DNA of 60,952 nucleotides from an uncultured Candidatus Saccharibacteria bacterium (GTDB lineage Bacteria; Patescibacteriota; WWE3; UBA101185; UBA10185): NCBI GenBank assembly GCA_964540135.1, contig CAZILK010000004.1, positions 1 to 60,952 of the forward strand, read 5' to 3'. Shown piece by piece: positions 60,052 to 60,952 of this stretch (position 1 is its first letter; each line of letters starts with the position of its first letter). The notes under the pieces were generated by a model. It saw only the letters and a program-made list of their open reading frames with translations, ran no database searches and was not told where the DNA came from. The position numbers and the translations under genes were made by a program.

Positions 60052-60924
60052 GTGGTAAATGTTTTGTATCGGCTCCATAACCTTACATTCATAGCGCTAT
60101 TGTTTTTTTGGATAGCTATCTTGCTAGTTCAGGGGGGACATGCAGGCGACACTTGGATTGGAAACATCTTTACAGACATATTTATTGTTCAGATGGTATT
60201 TGCAATCAGTTCCGGGTTTATTGCTTTTAAAGAATGGGGAGGTAGTCAGAGTTATTTAGGTAAAGCTTTTTTTCTCCTTTCCGCATCACTTCTAATGCAA
60301 TTTCTAGGACACATGAGTTATACGTTAGGTTACAGAATTGCGAACTTGGACGCATATCCTGGAATAGGTGAGTCTTTCTTTATACTGTGTCTGCCGCCAA
60401 GTATCTCCGGAGCTTTCCTTTTATTTAAGAACGAAATAAGTGTCTTTTCTAAGAAGCTGTTAAGCGCGGAACGAGGATTTGCAGCTCTTATAATTATAGT
60501 TCATGTAATATGTAATATTTTAAATCTGGCCCTTTTTACAAATTACATTGTGCTATCAGAAGAGTACATCTTTATTAGATACTTTACAGAACTGGTTTAC
60601 CCAACCCTACAGGTTTTGATCATAAGCTTGTTGGTGTTATTTACCTTTAAGTCGCGATTCATGTATGACGGCGTGTTATCTAAACTGTTTGCCCTATTTA
60701 CCACTTCATTACTTCTCCGTTATGTGGCTGACTCTCTTTATTTATTTGATACCCATCACCTTAGTTGGTATCCTGCTGGGTTGGGAGACTTGATATACCT
60801 ACTTTCTTACTTTTTATCTGGACTCAGCCTTTTTAAATTAGTGTATATATTCAGAAGGACTGAGCCGAAGCTTAAGGTTGTGTTTTTTGATTCTGATAAT
60901 TACCCCTACCCAAATCATGTATAA
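60052..60924 (+). CDS. multi-pass membrane protein, paralogue of 56902..57723
   Basis: WGGSQSYLG, YPGIGE, WYPAGLGD; GTG start 60052 preferred (ORF track TTG 59995). Confidence 0.78.
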   Translation: MVNVLYRLHNLTFIALLFFWIAILLVQGGHAGDTWIGNIFTDIFIVQMVFAISSGFIAFKEWGGSQSYLGKAFFLLSASLLMQFLGHMSYTLGYRIANLDAYPGIGESFFILCLPPSISGAFLLFKNEISVFSKKLLSAERGFAALIIIVHVICNILNLALFTNYIVLSEEYIFIRYFTELVYPTLQVLIISLLVLFTFKSRFMYDGVLSKLFALFTTSLLLRYVADSLYLFDTHHLSWYPAGLGDLIYLLSYFLSGLSLFKLVYIFRRTEPKLKVVFFDSDNYPYPNHV

Positions 60925-60952
60925 CAAGCTTATAATTTTTAGTAATGCAGAT

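Noticed and set aside
1-60952. UGA recoding (genetic code 25)
   Set aside because: TGA ends conserved genes at expected lengths (rplW, rpmC, map, secD), and RF2 is present
1-60952. rRNA, tRNA, CRISPR arrays, IS elements, introns or inteins
   Set aside because: No T-loop/anticodon-arm patterns, regular repeats or transposases were seen; intergenic gaps are short; RecA, RpoB and RpoC have no insertions of intein size

Overview
A dense, AT-rich housekeeping window from a small-genome bacterium. It is most consistent with CPR/Patescibacteria (Microgenomates/WWE3-like); this is inferred from the absence of uL30 between rpsE and rplO, the divergent core proteins and very short intergenic spacing. 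It uses genetic code 11: several genes end in TGA and RF2 is present. Contents in order: 3' end of serS; an orphan ORF; a SAM methyltransferase; uppP; secA; HD and HAD hydrolases; lepB; a ~27 kb same-strand run (rpoB, rpoC, str, S10, spc, alpha clusters, rplM, rpsI); an XRE/radC divergon; a TasA-like secreted protein; prfB; DUF3048; secD, secF, recJ; a T-box-led aspS; a D,D-carboxypeptidase; gltX; a soluble histidine kinase with a stand-alone receiver; recA, recX, rny, ymdB, HU. The right end is a signalling/membrane cluster. No rRNA, tRNA, CRISPR array or transposase was seen. The most notable observations are five. (1) A transcriptional T-box riboswitch with an apparently very short Stem I sits before a non-discriminating-type AspRS. 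(2) EF-G has both guanine-recognition motifs changed (NKxD to NKIN; GSA to GGDG). (3) There is a candidate split sensory system: a stand-alone multi-TM protein, a 108-aa adaptor and a soluble PAS kinase, plus a second membrane paralogue and a possibly fused counterpart kinase. (4) S12 carries K42N and P90T equivalents and uL3 lacks about 65 internal residues. (5) Many genes appear leaderless. All family assignments come from motif recognition by eye; no database search was run.
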